A DNA stretch of 57,094 nucleotides from a virus (Duplodnaviria; Caudoviricetes): the IMG/VR virus record IMGVR_UViG_3300037502_003174, positions 1 to 57,094 of that record; one strand, given 5' to 3'. Position numbers and translations under genes: made by a program. The notes under the pieces were generated by a model. The model worked only from the letters and a program-made list of their open reading frames with translations. It was not told the origin of the DNA and ran no database searches. Positions 38,497 to 48,507 of the stretch are shown piece after piece (position 1 is the stretch's first letter; every line of letters begins with the position of its first letter).

Positions 38497-38935
38497 TGGT
38501 CGCCCCCTGAACGAGAGACACACAGGTCAGGTCGATCTCGGGATCTGGCGTCAACTCAAGCCCAGAGCGCCGGACGTCGCACCCGGGAAACTGGCAGAGC
38601 GCGCCGGGCGCGTAGGGATAGCCCTCGCACATTCTTGGCCGAACCTTGTACACCGTACACTTCCGCGATTCCCGATCGAAGTGCCGACAGGTGAACGTGA
38701 CCGGGCTCGTGTCAGTTTCAGGGATTGGAATCAGCATGTCGGCGAGGAACTGGCTTTCCTCAACATCGGACCGGCCAGCGCGAGGAGCGGCGGTCCGGAA
38801 CTCACCGGATCGGGCGCGCTCTCTCCATTCCTCGAACTCTGCGACGGTCCGGCCCGCCACCCACAGAGTGAAGCCTTCACAGCATCGACCGGTGCATCGG
38901 CCCGTGCAGGGATTCGGGTTGTCACTGTCAGACAT
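38489..38935 (-). CDS. YkgJ-family cysteine cluster protein
   Basis: CTGRCC...CRHFD..KCTVYKVRPRMCEGYP. Confidence 0.85.
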   Translation of the reverse strand: MSDSDNPNPCTGRCTGRCCEGFTLWVAGRTVAEFEEWRERARSGEFRTAAPRAGRSDVEESQFLADMLIPIPETDTSPVTFTCRHFDRESRKCTVYKVRPRMCEGYPYAPGALCQFPGCDVRRSGLELTPDPEIDLTCVSLVQGATNV

Positions 38936-39416
38936 GCCAGCCTCCGGGAAGGCGCGCCACGCACGCCGCTTGGATCTCAGGGGTGGGGCGCCACAGACCG
39001 AGACGGCCGGACGCGCGGACGGGTTCGTCGAGCGCGACGACGCCGCGGAGCACCCAGGCCAGCGGGCCGGCCCACCATCCCTCTTGGCCGTCGGGCAGCC
39101 GGTCCAGCCCGTCGCGCACGTCCTCGACGACGGCCGCACCGATGATCGCCCCGCAGGTCAGGCCCCAGGCCGGGGAGGAGAAGCGGACGGTACGGCTCCG
39201 CACTCCCCAGCTATGGAGGGCGGGCGTCGGATGATCCAGAGAGGCGCGATCCGGCTTCGCGCTGGCGTGGATCCAGATCGCGAACGGGCCGTCCTTCAAC
39301 TGGAACGGCCGCCACGTCCGGTTCTCGATGCGCTTCGAGCCATGAACGATGGCGCTTGCCCATGGCTGCATGACGCTCAGGGCATGCTCCGGCACGCGAT
39401 CAGAACGCGATGTCAT
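38928..39416 (-). CDS. ASCH domain protein
   Basis: ALSVMQPWASAIVHGSKRIENRTW, GAIIG, GRLGLW. Confidence 0.92.
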   Translation of the reverse strand: MTSRSDRVPEHALSVMQPWASAIVHGSKRIENRTWRPFQLKDGPFAIWIHASAKPDRASLDHPTPALHSWGVRSRTVRFSSPAWGLTCGAIIGAAVVEDVRDGLDRLPDGQEGWWAGPLAWVLRGVVALDEPVRASGRLGLWRPTPEIQAACVARLPGGWHV

Positions 39417-40140
39417 CGTCACCCTCCACCACCTGGGCCGGCCACTCGCGCCAGATGACGCAGACCGCCGCGTTGTCGCGCTTCCACATCGGTTCATCGC
39501 CGCCGAACTCCGCCTTGCTGGCGGCCATGATCTCGGCGGCGGGCGCGGGCTTGGCGCGCTCGAACGCGATCCGGGCCTTCTCGGCCAGCCAAGCGGCGGC
39601 CTCCAGCTCGTCGCGCTCGTGCTGCGGGTGCCCGCTCCAGACGCCATCCGTCGCCAGGATCAGCATCTCGCCCGGCTTCAGCGTCCCGATCATCGTCACC
39701 TGACCCAGGTCCCGCCGGGGCGGCGGGAGGCGGCGTAGCGTCTCCGCCCGCTCCTCGACGAGCACGTCACCCACGGCCCACGCCCAGACCTCCGAGGGCT
39801 CGTTCCACGCGGGAGCCGTCACCAGGACGGCGCCGATGCACGTCTTCGGGGCGTCGCGCGGGATCGGGTCCAGGTGCCCGAGGCGGGCGGCGGTGTCTGC
39901 GGTGTCGGCCATCTGGGTCAGAAAGCGGGCCGAGGGGCGGTCGCCCGCCCAGTGCTGCGCCTGGCGGCTCGCCTCCACCACCCAGGCCCAGGCGGCGGCC
40001 TGGGCGGCCCATTCGCTGCCGTGGTGGCTGCCAAGCCCATCACAGACGGCGGCGACGATGCCGTCGGCGAGGTGCAGCGCGGCGATCGCATCCTGTTGTA
40101 CCGACCGACCGCCAAGGTCGGTCGCGGTGTCGAAGTCCAT
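39400..40140 (-). CDS. PP2C/PPM-family Ser/Thr protein phosphatase
   Basis: GRSVQQDA, VCDGLGSH, LILATDGVW, RDNAAV. Confidence 0.85.
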   Translation of the reverse strand: MDFDTATDLGGRSVQQDAIAALHLADGIVAAVCDGLGSHHGSEWAAQAAAWAWVVEASRQAQHWAGDRPSARFLTQMADTADTAARLGHLDPIPRDAPKTCIGAVLVTAPAWNEPSEVWAWAVGDVLVEERAETLRRLPPPRRDLGQVTMIGTLKPGEMLILATDGVWSGHPQHERDELEAAAWLAEKARIAFERAKPAPAAEIMAASKAEFGGDEPMWKRDNAAVCVIWREWPAQVVEGDDDIAF

Positions 40141-40183
40141 TCGATGCTCCGGGGCGCCGGGGCCGTTCCCGACGCCTGCACGG

Positions 40184-40212
40184 AGCCTAGCACCGGCGCG
40201 CTAAGCGCGCAA
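40184..40212 (-). promoter_or_regulatory. Class-1 promoter/operator TTGCGC-17-TAGGCT
   Basis: Contains GCGCG CTTAG CGCGC. Confidence 0.75.
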
Positions 40213-40214
40213 CG

Positions 40215-40919
40215 TCAGCCGAAGTCGGGATCGTCGCTGGCGGACCGCTGCCGGCTCTGCCGGTTCTGCAGGACCGGATCGTTGTCCGGGCGCGGCTTCC
40301 GGCGCGGCCTCTCCGCCGGCGCGGGCTCGGCCTTCTTCTCCGGCTCAGCGTCGATCACGAGCCCAGCGTCGTCATCGGTCAGCAGGTGCGGCCCGGGCTC
40401 CAGGGCGCCCCAGCCGTCGTCATCGACCTCCGGCGGGAGCGGTTCCTCGCCCGGCTTCAGGACGGCGGCCAGGGCTTCCCGGCGCGTCCCCTCTCCGGCG
40501 GGCGGCTCCGCCTCGCGGTCGTAGCCGGCGGGCGCGTTGCCCCCGGTGACCGAGATCGAGGATCCCCAGTCGAAGTGCCGTTGGCGCTCCTCGGCCTCCA
40601 TCGCGCGCTCGCTGACGAGCTCGCCGGTGTCGAGGCGGTAGATCCGCACGGCGTTCGACGCATAGTCCACGCGCGTCTCGCACTGAATCTGACGCTTCTC
40701 CTTGCCGGATCGCACGATCGCCTGAAGCTCGGCGGCTTCAACCTCGAGCTCCTCGATCGCGCCCTGCGCCGCCTTGCGCCGGGCTTTCTCCGCCTCCTCA
40801 GCCGCGCTGATCTGGTCGCAGAGCGCACACCATTGAACCGCCACGGCGGCCCGCTCCTCAGCTTCGAGGGCGCACTCCAGCTCCTGTTGGTGCGTCCCAG
40901 TCACTTCTCCCAGCCTCAT
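40215..40919 (-). CDS. Phage hypothetical protein (coiled coil plus RLDTGE motif)
   Basis: GAGGAG RBS; IYRLDTGELVSERAM..EERQ. Confidence 0.75.
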   Translation of the reverse strand: MRLGEVTGTHQQELECALEAEERAAVAVQWCALCDQISAAEEAEKARRKAAQGAIEELEVEAAELQAIVRSGKEKRQIQCETRVDYASNAVRIYRLDTGELVSERAMEAEERQRHFDWGSSISVTGGNAPAGYDREAEPPAGEGTRREALAAVLKPGEEPLPPEVDDDGWGALEPGPHLLTDDDAGLVIDAEPEKKAEPAPAERPRRKPRPDNDPVLQNRQSRQRSASDDPDFG

Positions 40920-40931
40920 GGTCGTCTCTCC

Positions 40932-41261
40932 TCAGTCGTCGCCCAGGTCGAGGACCGAAGGCCTCGCCGGGCGGGGGTTGGTCGCGGCGGGGGCCGCGGG
41001 TTGGTCGGGTCGATCCCAGGCACGAAGCCTCAGGAGGACGTCGATCGCCTCGATCTCCACCGTGCTCAGGCGGCGGGCGAGGACGGACTCCACGATCTCG
41101 CGGTGGCGCGGGCTCATGGGGTCCGGGTGGGGGCCGGCGAACGCGCGGGACTCCACGAAGGCGCGGGCCTCCGCGGGTTGCGGCGCGGTCATCGCTCGGC
41201 GGTCGTTGGCGCCCCGGCGGGCGTCCAGGCGGCCGGAGCGGCGGTGCAGGGGGTGGGTCAT
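40932..41261 (-). CDS. Hypothetical protein
   Basis: ATGA overlap with the RuvC-like gene. Confidence 0.5.
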   Translation of the reverse strand: MTHPLHRRSGRLDARRGANDRRAMTAPQPAEARAFVESRAFAGPHPDPMSPRHREIVESVLARRLSTVEIEAIDVLLRLRAWDRPDQPAAPAATNPRPARPSVLDLGDD

Positions 41262-41869
41262 CGCCAGCCTCGGGGGTTTGCGGGGGCGTCGGCGAGGTGG
41301 CGGGAGGCGCCAACGCCGATCAGGCAGGCATCCGCCATATCCCCCGCCGGCCAGGCCGGCGCCGTTTCCCCAGGCTTCACCGGCGGCGGTTCCAGGTCGA
41401 GGCCGCGAAGGACCTGCGGCCAGCGGTCTCGGACGATGGCGACGCCGAGGCGCTTGAGGGCGTCTCGGCCCATCCCGTCGCGGAGGCCGTGCCACCCGCG
41501 CCACTCCTCGGTGGGGACCTCCCAGGGCGCATCCCAACCGGGCCGGACGAAGTGCTGCGTCACCGCGCCCTGGATGCTCGCGAGGCCTCGGATCGTCATC
41601 TGGACGCGGGACGCGCTGAACTTGTCGCCCTTGTTGCCCCGGTAGCGCTTCGGGACCTCCTCGATCGCCAGCCGCGGTCGACCGGACGCGTGCGGCTGCA
41701 TCGCCTCCACAGCGGCGGCGGCGTCGACCTCGGCGAGGAGGTCGCGGAGCTTGAACCGGCGGTGCGGATCGTTCAAAACGCGGTGGCCCCACGCGACCGG
41801 GATCCCGTGATGCACGAGCACCCAGGCGGTTCCCTTCCAGGCGGGATCGACTCCGAGAATCAGGGACAT
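41258..41869 (-). CDS. RuvC-like Holliday junction resolvase
   Basis: ILGVDP, LAIEE, DMADACLI. Confidence 0.82.
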   Translation of the reverse strand: MSLILGVDPAWKGTAWVLVHHGIPVAWGHRVLNDPHRRFKLRDLLAEVDAAAAVEAMQPHASGRPRLAIEEVPKRYRGNKGDKFSASRVQMTIRGLASIQGAVTQHFVRPGWDAPWEVPTEEWRGWHGLRDGMGRDALKRLGVAIVRDRWPQVLRGLDLEPPPVKPGETAPAWPAGDMADACLIGVGASRHLADAPANPRGWR

Positions 41870-42090
41870 TCGTCCTCCTTCGTGGTCAGCATCAGGCCCA
41901 CCAGCGGGCCGCGCTCTCCGGGCCGGCCGGGGCGCCACAGGGTCCACCCGAGGGACCGGCCGCTCTTGCCGCTCATGCCCCGGTGCTCCAGCCAGACCCG
42001 CCCGTCGTCCGGCGACGTCCAGACCGGTTGCCCCTCAACCTGCGTCCAGCCCCGGGCGCGGAGGCGGCGCTCGTCGTCGGCGAGGCTCAC
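41860..42090 (-). CDS. Hypothetical protein
   Basis: GTGA overlap with dnaB. Confidence 0.5.
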   Translation of the reverse strand: MSLADDERRLRARGWTQVEGQPVWTSPDDGRVWLEHRGMSGKSGRSLGWTLWRPGRPGERGPLVGLMLTTKEDECP

Positions 42091-43427
42091 GCGAGCCTCA
42101 GGCGCTGGGCCGGGTCGTAGAACTCCGTTCGATCGCCGTTCCAACCGACTTCGACGATCCCCGGGCCGCTGTGGCGATCCTTGGCGATGATGATCTCAGC
42201 GCGGTTCTGGAGGTCGGCCCGCTCCGGGGCGTAGTAGCCAGGGCGGAACGGGAACAGGATGCGATCAGCGTCCTGCTCGATGGCGCCCGACTCGCGGAGA
42301 TCGGCGATCTCCGGCCGCTTGTCCTTCCGGTGCTCCGACTGGCGGTTGAGCTGCGCAACCAGGATGACCGGGATCTTCATGTCCAGGCAGATCTGTTGCT
42401 TCAGCGCCTTCGTGATCCCCGCGATCTCCTGCTCTCGGTTCCCGGCGCGCTCATCGCCGCTCACAAGCTGGAGGTAATCGACGATCAAGAGCCGAAGCGG
42501 CGTTTTCTTGGCGTTGCATCGCAGGGATAGCGTGCGAACCTTGGCGATCAGCTCGCCGATCCCGACCGGCCGGGCGAGGACGGCGAACGGGATCTCCCGC
42601 GCCGCGGCGGCGGCCTGGACGACGCGATCCCGGGCCTCGTCGCTGAGCTCGCCCGTCCGGATCAGCTTCCCGCTGGTCCGCGCCCGCTGCGCCAGGATGC
42701 GCCGGGCAAGCTGCGTCCCCGGCATCTCCAGCGAGAACATCGCCGTCGGGCCGACGGTGCTCGCGACGTGGATCCCCGCCTGGACGGCCAACGCGGTCTT
42801 GCCCATCGCCGGGCGGGCCGCCATGATCACGAGGTCGGTTTCAGTCAGGCCTCCGAGGTGGCGGTCGAGCGGCGGGAGGCCCAGCATCAGCCCCGGGGCG
42901 CGGGTTCCGTCGGCGACGTCGTCGTGCTCCTGCAGCGCCTGGCCGGCGAGATCGCCCAGCCACTCCCAATCCCCGCCGCCGTGGGACGGGGACGCCTGGA
43001 GCAGCTCGACGACGAGCGACTCGGTGACGGCCGCCACCGGCTCGCGATTGAACAGGCGCTCGAGGGCGGGCTCGAGGATCCCCACCGCCGTCCGGCGGGC
43101 GGAGGACTCCAGCACCTGCCCGACGTAGTGGCTCAGGTTCGCGGTGCTCGGGCAGTGCCCCGGCAGGTCGAGGACGTAGTCCAGGCCGCCAAACTTCCCC
43201 GCCTCGCTTCGGACGTCGGGGATCAGCGACACGAGATCGAGCGGCTTCCGATCCGCCCAGCGTCTGAACAGGAGGCCCCAGATCTCGCCGTGGGGCGCGA
43301 AGGCAAAGTCCGCGGCGCGGATGCGCCCGGCGACGTCGGCCATCAGCGCCGCGTCGTCGGCCTCGCCGATCAGGCCGCCGAGGATCGCGCGCTCGGCTTC
43401 GATGGCTGCCGGAATCGAGCGGGACAA
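42087..43427 (-). CDS. dnaB: Replicative DNA helicase
   Basis: AARPAMGKT, FSLEM, IVDYLQL, AQLNR, DLRESGAIEQDAD. Confidence 0.97.
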   Translation of the reverse strand: MSRSIPAAIEAERAILGGLIGEADDAALMADVAGRIRAADFAFAPHGEIWGLLFRRWADRKPLDLVSLIPDVRSEAGKFGGLDYVLDLPGHCPSTANLSHYVGQVLESSARRTAVGILEPALERLFNREPVAAVTESLVVELLQASPSHGGGDWEWLGDLAGQALQEHDDVADGTRAPGLMLGLPPLDRHLGGLTETDLVIMAARPAMGKTALAVQAGIHVASTVGPTAMFSLEMPGTQLARRILAQRARTSGKLIRTGELSDEARDRVVQAAAAAREIPFAVLARPVGIGELIAKVRTLSLRCNAKKTPLRLLIVDYLQLVSGDERAGNREQEIAGITKALKQQICLDMKIPVILVAQLNRQSEHRKDKRPEIADLRESGAIEQDADRILFPFRPGYYAPERADLQNRAEIIIAKDRHSGPGIVEVGWNGDRTEFYDPAQRLRLA

Positions 43428-43586
43428 TCGGCCTCCAGAGGGGGGAAAGGGCCGGAGAGGTGAGGCGCCGGGCCGGGCACCTTGCTCGCGATGAGGCGGC
43501 GCGAGCATCGCAGACCGCCGCCTCAGAGCTTCCCAGGAAAGACACGTAAGAACCTGGTTATCGCGCTCTCTCCGGACCCTGGATTT

Positions 43587-43615
43587 AGGAAGCCCCGGGA
43601 CCGAAGCCCCGGGGC
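43587..43615 (-). terminator. Terminator-like hairpin
   Basis: gccccggg/cccggggc stem followed by TTCCT on the minus strand. Confidence 0.5.
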
Positions 43616-43648
43616 GGTTGGGGCCCGCCGTGAAGGCGAGCCCGCGGT

Positions 43649-43834
43649 TCAGACCTCCTCGGTGTCGCCACCAGGCCGGAGCACCACCTCACCGTTCGAA
43701 AGGTTCCAGGTCTGACCGTTGTAGGTCAGCGTGGGCACCCCGTCGAACACCTCGATGCAGTAGGCGCGGAACTCATCGACCGAGTCAAAGGCGGTCGGGT
43801 CGGGACAGAAACCGTCGTGGACGCAAACGAGCAT
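43649..43834 (-). CDS. Small acidic hypothetical protein in its own transcription unit
   Basis: Promoter, leader hairpin, GGAGG RBS and terminator. Confidence 0.7.
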   Translation of the reverse strand: MLVCVHDGFCPDPTAFDSVDEFRAYCIEVFDGVPTLTYNGQTWNLSNGEVVLRPGGDTEEV

Positions 43835-43875
43835 CGGCCCTCCAGTCCGGCGGGTTCATCGCCGCCGGTGTCCAT

Positions 43876-43903
43876 GCTCTAACCCTGCGCGCGTATCGCG
43901 CAA
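43876..43903 (-). promoter_or_regulatory. Class-1 promoter/operator TTGCGC-16-TAGAGC
   Basis: Contains GCGCG ATACG CGCGC. Confidence 0.65.
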
Positions 43904-44787
43904 CCCTTCCCAGCCGCTTTCGGCTCCCATTCGACGAACGCCGCGACAAACGCGCGCTTCGCGTCGGCTTCGTCGCCTCGGGTCAGGCGGCCGATCGCGC
44001 GCCAGCCTCCGACGGCATCGATCGCCGCCTGGAGGCGGCTGACCTTCGCCGGGCCCATCTTCTCGGCGGCGGGCGCCGGGATCCCGGACTCTCCGGCCCG
44101 GATCCAGCGGTCCACGAACGCCCACGAGCGCTCGGCAGCGTCCCGGTCCTCGGCGCTGATCTTGCGCTCCGGCACCTCGGCCGCGGGGTCAGCGGCGGGG
44201 CGGCCGGCGTCTGCCCAGGCGCGCGCCCTCGACAGCCGGTCGGAGAGCTTCGTGTGCCGAAACGCCGTCTGGAACGAGGTGTGCCCCTCGCGGCGCCAGA
44301 ACGCGGCATCCGGACCGACCGCCAGCCAGTCGAGCATGTCCGCGCCCTCGCGCTCGATCGCGGCGACGTCCCGGCCGTGCTCTCGCCGGAGCAGGTCCAC
44401 GGCGGCCAGCGCCAGGCGCTCGCACTCGTCGGGGATCGCCTTCAGCGCCCGGGGGTGGCGGCTCGCCCAGCGGGCGTACCACGCGGCCGCGATCCGGCGG
44501 TCCTCGGCCTGCCGGCCCGTCTGAGGCAGCAACGCCACCTGAGGACGGATGCGGGTCCAAGCGTCGACGACTCGGAGATCGAGCCCGACCCGTTCCAGCG
44601 CCCCGGCCTCGATGAGCTTGCCGATCGAGGCCTCCACCAGCGCGACGGAGACGCCGGCGCCTTCGGCGAGCCGCTCGGGGTCGAGGTCGCGGAGGTGGGC
44701 GGCGACGAGCAGGACCAGGCGCTCGGGCGGGCGGAGGGTCGATGCGACGACGGCGCACCTCAGGCGCTTCCAAGCGTCCGGCGTCAT
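43879..44787 (-). CDS. Putative replication initiator (N-terminal wHTH)
   Basis: ERLVLL..LAEGAGVS..LIEAGAL; AIDAVGGWRAIG C-terminus; upstream of dnaB. Confidence 0.65.
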   Translation of the reverse strand: MTPDAWKRLRCAVVASTLRPPERLVLLVAAHLRDLDPERLAEGAGVSVALVEASIGKLIEAGALERVGLDLRVVDAWTRIRPQVALLPQTGRQAEDRRIAAAWYARWASRHPRALKAIPDECERLALAAVDLLRREHGRDVAAIEREGADMLDWLAVGPDAAFWRREGHTSFQTAFRHTKLSDRLSRARAWADAGRPAADPAAEVPERKISAEDRDAAERSWAFVDRWIRAGESGIPAPAAEKMGPAKVSRLQAAIDAVGGWRAIGRLTRGDEADAKRAFVAAFVEWEPKAAGKGCAIRAQG

Positions 44788-47264
44788 CGGGCCACCGCGC
44801 GCGCTGTCCCGGCCTCCACCTCGATCCGGTAGTCCGCCTGACTCCACGATTCCTCCGCGTGCGAGACGTAGAGGAGCGAGCCGAACCCGCCCCGCTCCAG
44901 AGCCCGGCGTAGCATCTCCGGGTACGCGCGGCGGTTGCTCAGGTCGAGGGCGCCATCGGCCTCGTCACGGAACAGCGCCCCGAACCGGCCACGTCCGCGA
45001 AACAGGGCGATCCCGAGCTTGACGGCCTCGTCGACGATCACCCTCTCGCCACCCGAGAGGGTCGAATGGGGGCGGCCGTAGCCGAGGCGGGAGTCGTAGA
45101 CGACGAGATCCAGGACTTCCTTCTGTTTCTTTCCGGCCTCCGCCTCCTGCAGCGTCTTGATCTCGACGCTGAACCGCGTCCCGTAGCAGGCGGAGAGCAG
45201 GTCGTTGACGATCGCGGCGACCGACGGCCCGGCGCAGTCGATCTCCAGCGCCTGGAGGCCCTGCCGTCCCAGCGACCGGGCGAGCAGCTCCCGCGTCGCG
45301 GCCTGCTGCCGGAGGTCCTGCGCCTCGGCTCGGAGGGCAACGGCGGCGTCGCGGGCGCGGGCCGACTGGCGGGCGGACTCCTCGGCGCGGACCTGCTGCG
45401 CCTCGAGGTCTCGCAGCCTCGCGGCGGCGTCGTCGGCGTCCAGCTTCGCGGCTTTGTAGCCGGCGACCGCGGCGTCGCGCTCCGCCTGCGCAGCGACCAA
45501 CTCCGGCCCCCGGCGGGCGGCGGCGATCTCGGCCTCCTCGACGGCGGCGCGGGCCGCGCCCTCAGCGTCGACCGCGAGATCGCGGGAGGCATCCCAGGCG
45601 GCCAGATCGGCGGCGCGGGCGGCCGTCTCCCGGGCGGCGCAGAGCCCCGACAGGTCCGGCAGATCCGGCATCGGGGCGCGCTCCGCCGCGTTCCATTCGT
45701 CCTCGGCGGCGTTGAGCGCGACCTCGTCGGCGGCGTGCTCCGGTTCGATCCGGGCGACGTCGGCAAGCGCTTCGTTGAACCCAGCGGCGAGGCCTTCCAG
45801 ACGCGCGATCTCCGCCTCGGCCCGGCGGTGCTCCGCCTGCGCCTTTTCCGCGGCGACGTAGGCGTCGGAGGCGGCGGCGAGGGCGATCCCGGCGTCGCGG
45901 GCGCGGATCCCCTGGTCGCGCTGCTGCCGGACGACGTCCCGGGCCTCAGCGTCGAGCTCGCCCGCGCGCGGGGCGAGGGCGGCGGCACGGGCGATCAGCG
46001 GGCAGCGGGCCGTTTCGATCCCCTCCAGCATCCGGCCCCCGCAGGGGACGGCTGCGATCTCGCTCGCGGCGGTCCGCGCAGCCGTCGCGGCCTCGGCAGC
46101 GGAGGCCATCCGGCTCATCAGGTCGGCCAGCGTCCGGCGCTCGGTCGCCTCCACCTCGCGGGCCGCGTCCACGGCCTCCCTGGCGGCCTGGACGTCCGGG
46201 GCTGGCCCGAGGCTCGCCCGGAGCGCCGCGGCCTGCTGTGCCGCCTCCTGCGCGGCGCGGGCGCGCTGTCGAGCGGCCAGCAAGCCCCCGGCCGAACGAC
46301 GCTCGGCCAGGCTGGCAGCTCGAAGGCATCCCTTGGCGTCCTCGATGCGCTTCGTCCTGGCCTGCATCGTCGACAGGTAGGAGGCTTCCAGCGCCTGGAG
46401 GCGGGCGACCTCGACGACGGCGGCCTCGATCGCGCCACGCTGCGCCTCCAGCGCCCGACCGGCCGACACACGGGCGGCGGCGACGGAGAGCGCGCGGCGG
46501 CGCTCGTCGAGCTGGTCTGCGGCGGCCGTCTCCGAGCGGATCAGGTCCCGGCGCGCGGTCGCGGCGATGCCGGCGGCGGTCTGAGCCTCCATTCGGGCCC
46601 GGGCGTCGGCGAGCTCGGCGCGCGCAGCGTCGATCGCCTCCGGGGCGGGGGCGTCGACCACCTGGATCGCGGACCCCTGTCCACGCGCCAGCGCCTCCCG
46701 GGCGTCGGCATCGGCAGCGAGCCGCTGCCCGGCGGCGCGGGCCTCCTCGCTCATCGCCTGCCAGCGCTCGAGCCCGAGCAGGGAGGCGAACAGGTCGCGG
46801 CGCTCCGAGGGCGAGAGATCCGCGAAGTTCCCCCGGCCGTTCTGAGGGCTGTACGCGGCGGCGTAGAACTGCGCGGCGGGCGGGAAGTGGCGAGCGACCG
46901 CGGCGTCGAAGTCGGGGAGGCGGCCGGTGGTGAGCCGCTCGCCGTCGCGGGTCAGGAACGCTTCCGCCTTCCCCCGGCCACCGTTGGCGCTCGGGTCGAT
47001 CAGGTGCTCGATCTCCCAGGTGCTCCCAGCGTGCTCCAGGCGCAGCCAGAGGCGGGCGTCGCGGGCGGTCGCAAGGTCTTTGAGGCCGGCGTTCCGGCTC
47101 GGGAACTCCCGGTAAAGCGCCGCCGGCCCTAGGCATTCGAGGAGCGTGGTCTTGCCGGCGCCGTTGGGCCCGACGATGGCGACCAGCCCCTCGGTGGCGG
47201 TCAGGTCGAGGCGGATGTCGCGGAGGACGGTGAGGCCGCGGGCCTCCAGCATCAGGGGGCGCAT
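44784..47264 (-). CDS. sbcC: SbcC/Rad50-like SMC ATPase
   Basis: GPNGAGKTT, coiled coil, LSGGE, FRDEADGALD, VSH. Confidence 0.93.
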   Translation of the reverse strand: MRPLMLEARGLTVLRDIRLDLTATEGLVAIVGPNGAGKTTLLECLGPAALYREFPSRNAGLKDLATARDARLWLRLEHAGSTWEIEHLIDPSANGGRGKAEAFLTRDGERLTTGRLPDFDAAVARHFPPAAQFYAAAYSPQNGRGNFADLSPSERRDLFASLLGLERWQAMSEEARAAGQRLAADADAREALARGQGSAIQVVDAPAPEAIDAARAELADARARMEAQTAAGIAATARRDLIRSETAAADQLDERRRALSVAAARVSAGRALEAQRGAIEAAVVEVARLQALEASYLSTMQARTKRIEDAKGCLRAASLAERRSAGGLLAARQRARAAQEAAQQAAALRASLGPAPDVQAAREAVDAAREVEATERRTLADLMSRMASAAEAATAARTAASEIAAVPCGGRMLEGIETARCPLIARAAALAPRAGELDAEARDVVRQQRDQGIRARDAGIALAAASDAYVAAEKAQAEHRRAEAEIARLEGLAAGFNEALADVARIEPEHAADEVALNAAEDEWNAAERAPMPDLPDLSGLCAARETAARAADLAAWDASRDLAVDAEGAARAAVEEAEIAAARRGPELVAAQAERDAAVAGYKAAKLDADDAAARLRDLEAQQVRAEESARQSARARDAAVALRAEAQDLRQQAATRELLARSLGRQGLQALEIDCAGPSVAAIVNDLLSACYGTRFSVEIKTLQEAEAGKKQKEVLDLVVYDSRLGYGRPHSTLSGGERVIVDEAVKLGIALFRGRGRFGALFRDEADGALDLSNRRAYPEMLRRALERGGFGSLLYVSHAEESWSQADYRIEVEAGTARAVAR

Positions 47265-48436
47265 GAGGACTCCAGATCGGGCAGGAGGGCGAGGGCGGCG
47301 GCCTGCTCGGCCTCCGTCGGGGGCGTCGCGAGGGTCCGCCAGTAGGCGGAGATCTTGGCGCCGAGGTCGGGAGCGTCGGCCACCTCGGGGGCGCGGACGC
47401 GCTCGGTCGGGATGACGTCGGCGTCGACGCGCCAGGACAGGGCCCCGGGCGGCGGCGCGAGCTCAGGCACGCTCGCCCGCTGGTCGGCCCGGTAGCGGAC
47501 GACGGCGCGGACGTGGTGACCGGCGCAGGCAGCAAGGGCGGCGGCGTTGGGGCCTTTCGCCCACGCGGCGCCGTCCCAGGCGTAGCGGAGGGTCAGCAGG
47601 CGCGGGGCGCGGGAGGCGATCCGGTAGGCGGTCGCGTCCCCGTAGTCCCCGACCACCTCGGAGTAGGCGAGGTTGACCACCGACTCGCCGAAGCACCAGA
47701 GCATCCACCCTTTCGGGTCGTGCTCCCCGTAGTCGCTGGACCAAGGCGAGCCGCCGAACCAGACCCGAGGGGCGGCCTCTTGCTGAACGTGAATGTGACC
47801 GATCATCCCGGCGTCCAGGTTGAGCGCCTGGAGGTCGGCGACCGTCACCTCGGGCTCGTTGGTGACGAGGACTTCGCCCCCGCTCAGCTTGCTCCCGCTG
47901 ATCTGGACGTGGCCGAGCAGCACGCGGCGGGTGCAACCCGGGGCGCGTCCGCGGGCGGCCCAGAGGCCGAGAAGCCCGGCCACGGCCCGTTGCGTCGCGG
48001 CGCGGAGGTCGGCGAGCCCTCCGGCGTCCGGGCCGAGCATCGACAGGATCCCCGCCTTCGTGACGAACGGGAGGATCAGGACCTCGCACTTGCCGACGAT
48101 CACGGCGTCGGCCCGGTCGTGGACGGTGACCTGGCCGTCGGCGCCCAGGTGGGCGAGCGGCTCCAAGTCGCCCGGGAAGTCGTGGTTGCCGTAGACGACG
48201 ATGATCCGCGTCTCAGGCAGCGCGCGGGCGAGCCGGGCGACGAAGCCGAACAGCACCCGCCGCTCGGCCACGCTGGACCGGTGCGGCACGGTGTGCCCGT
48301 AGAAGTCGCCCGTCAGGGCGATCAGGTGGGGGCGGACGGCGATCATGGTCGCCGCGATCCGCCCGAGCTCCTCCGCCTGTTCCGCGAGCCGAGGCCCGTC
48401 GGTCAGGTGAAGGTCCGTCAGGTGCGCGATGCGCAT
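47252..48436 (-). CDS. sbcD: SbcD/Mre11-like metallophosphoesterase nuclease
   Basis: DLH, TGD, GNHD, GHIH. Confidence 0.93.
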   Translation of the reverse strand: MRIAHLTDLHLTDGPRLAEQAEELGRIAATMIAVRPHLIALTGDFYGHTVPHRSSVAERRVLFGFVARLARALPETRIIVVYGNHDFPGDLEPLAHLGADGQVTVHDRADAVIVGKCEVLILPFVTKAGILSMLGPDAGGLADLRAATQRAVAGLLGLWAARGRAPGCTRRVLLGHVQISGSKLSGGEVLVTNEPEVTVADLQALNLDAGMIGHIHVQQEAAPRVWFGGSPWSSDYGEHDPKGWMLWCFGESVVNLAYSEVVGDYGDATAYRIASRAPRLLTLRYAWDGAAWAKGPNAAALAACAGHHVRAVVRYRADQRASVPELAPPPGALSWRVDADVIPTERVRAPEVADAPDLGAKISAYWRTLATPPTEAEQAAALALLPDLESSCAP

Positions 48437-48478
48437 GGGGACTCCGGGGCGCCGCGATCCATCCGCAGCGCCTGCCAA

Positions 48479-48507
48479 CCCCTACCACCTGCGCGCCTAC
48501 CGCGCAA
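48479..48507 (-). promoter_or_regulatory. Class-1 promoter/operator TTGCGC-17-TAGGGG
   Basis: Contains GCGCG GTAGG CGCGC. Confidence 0.65.
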
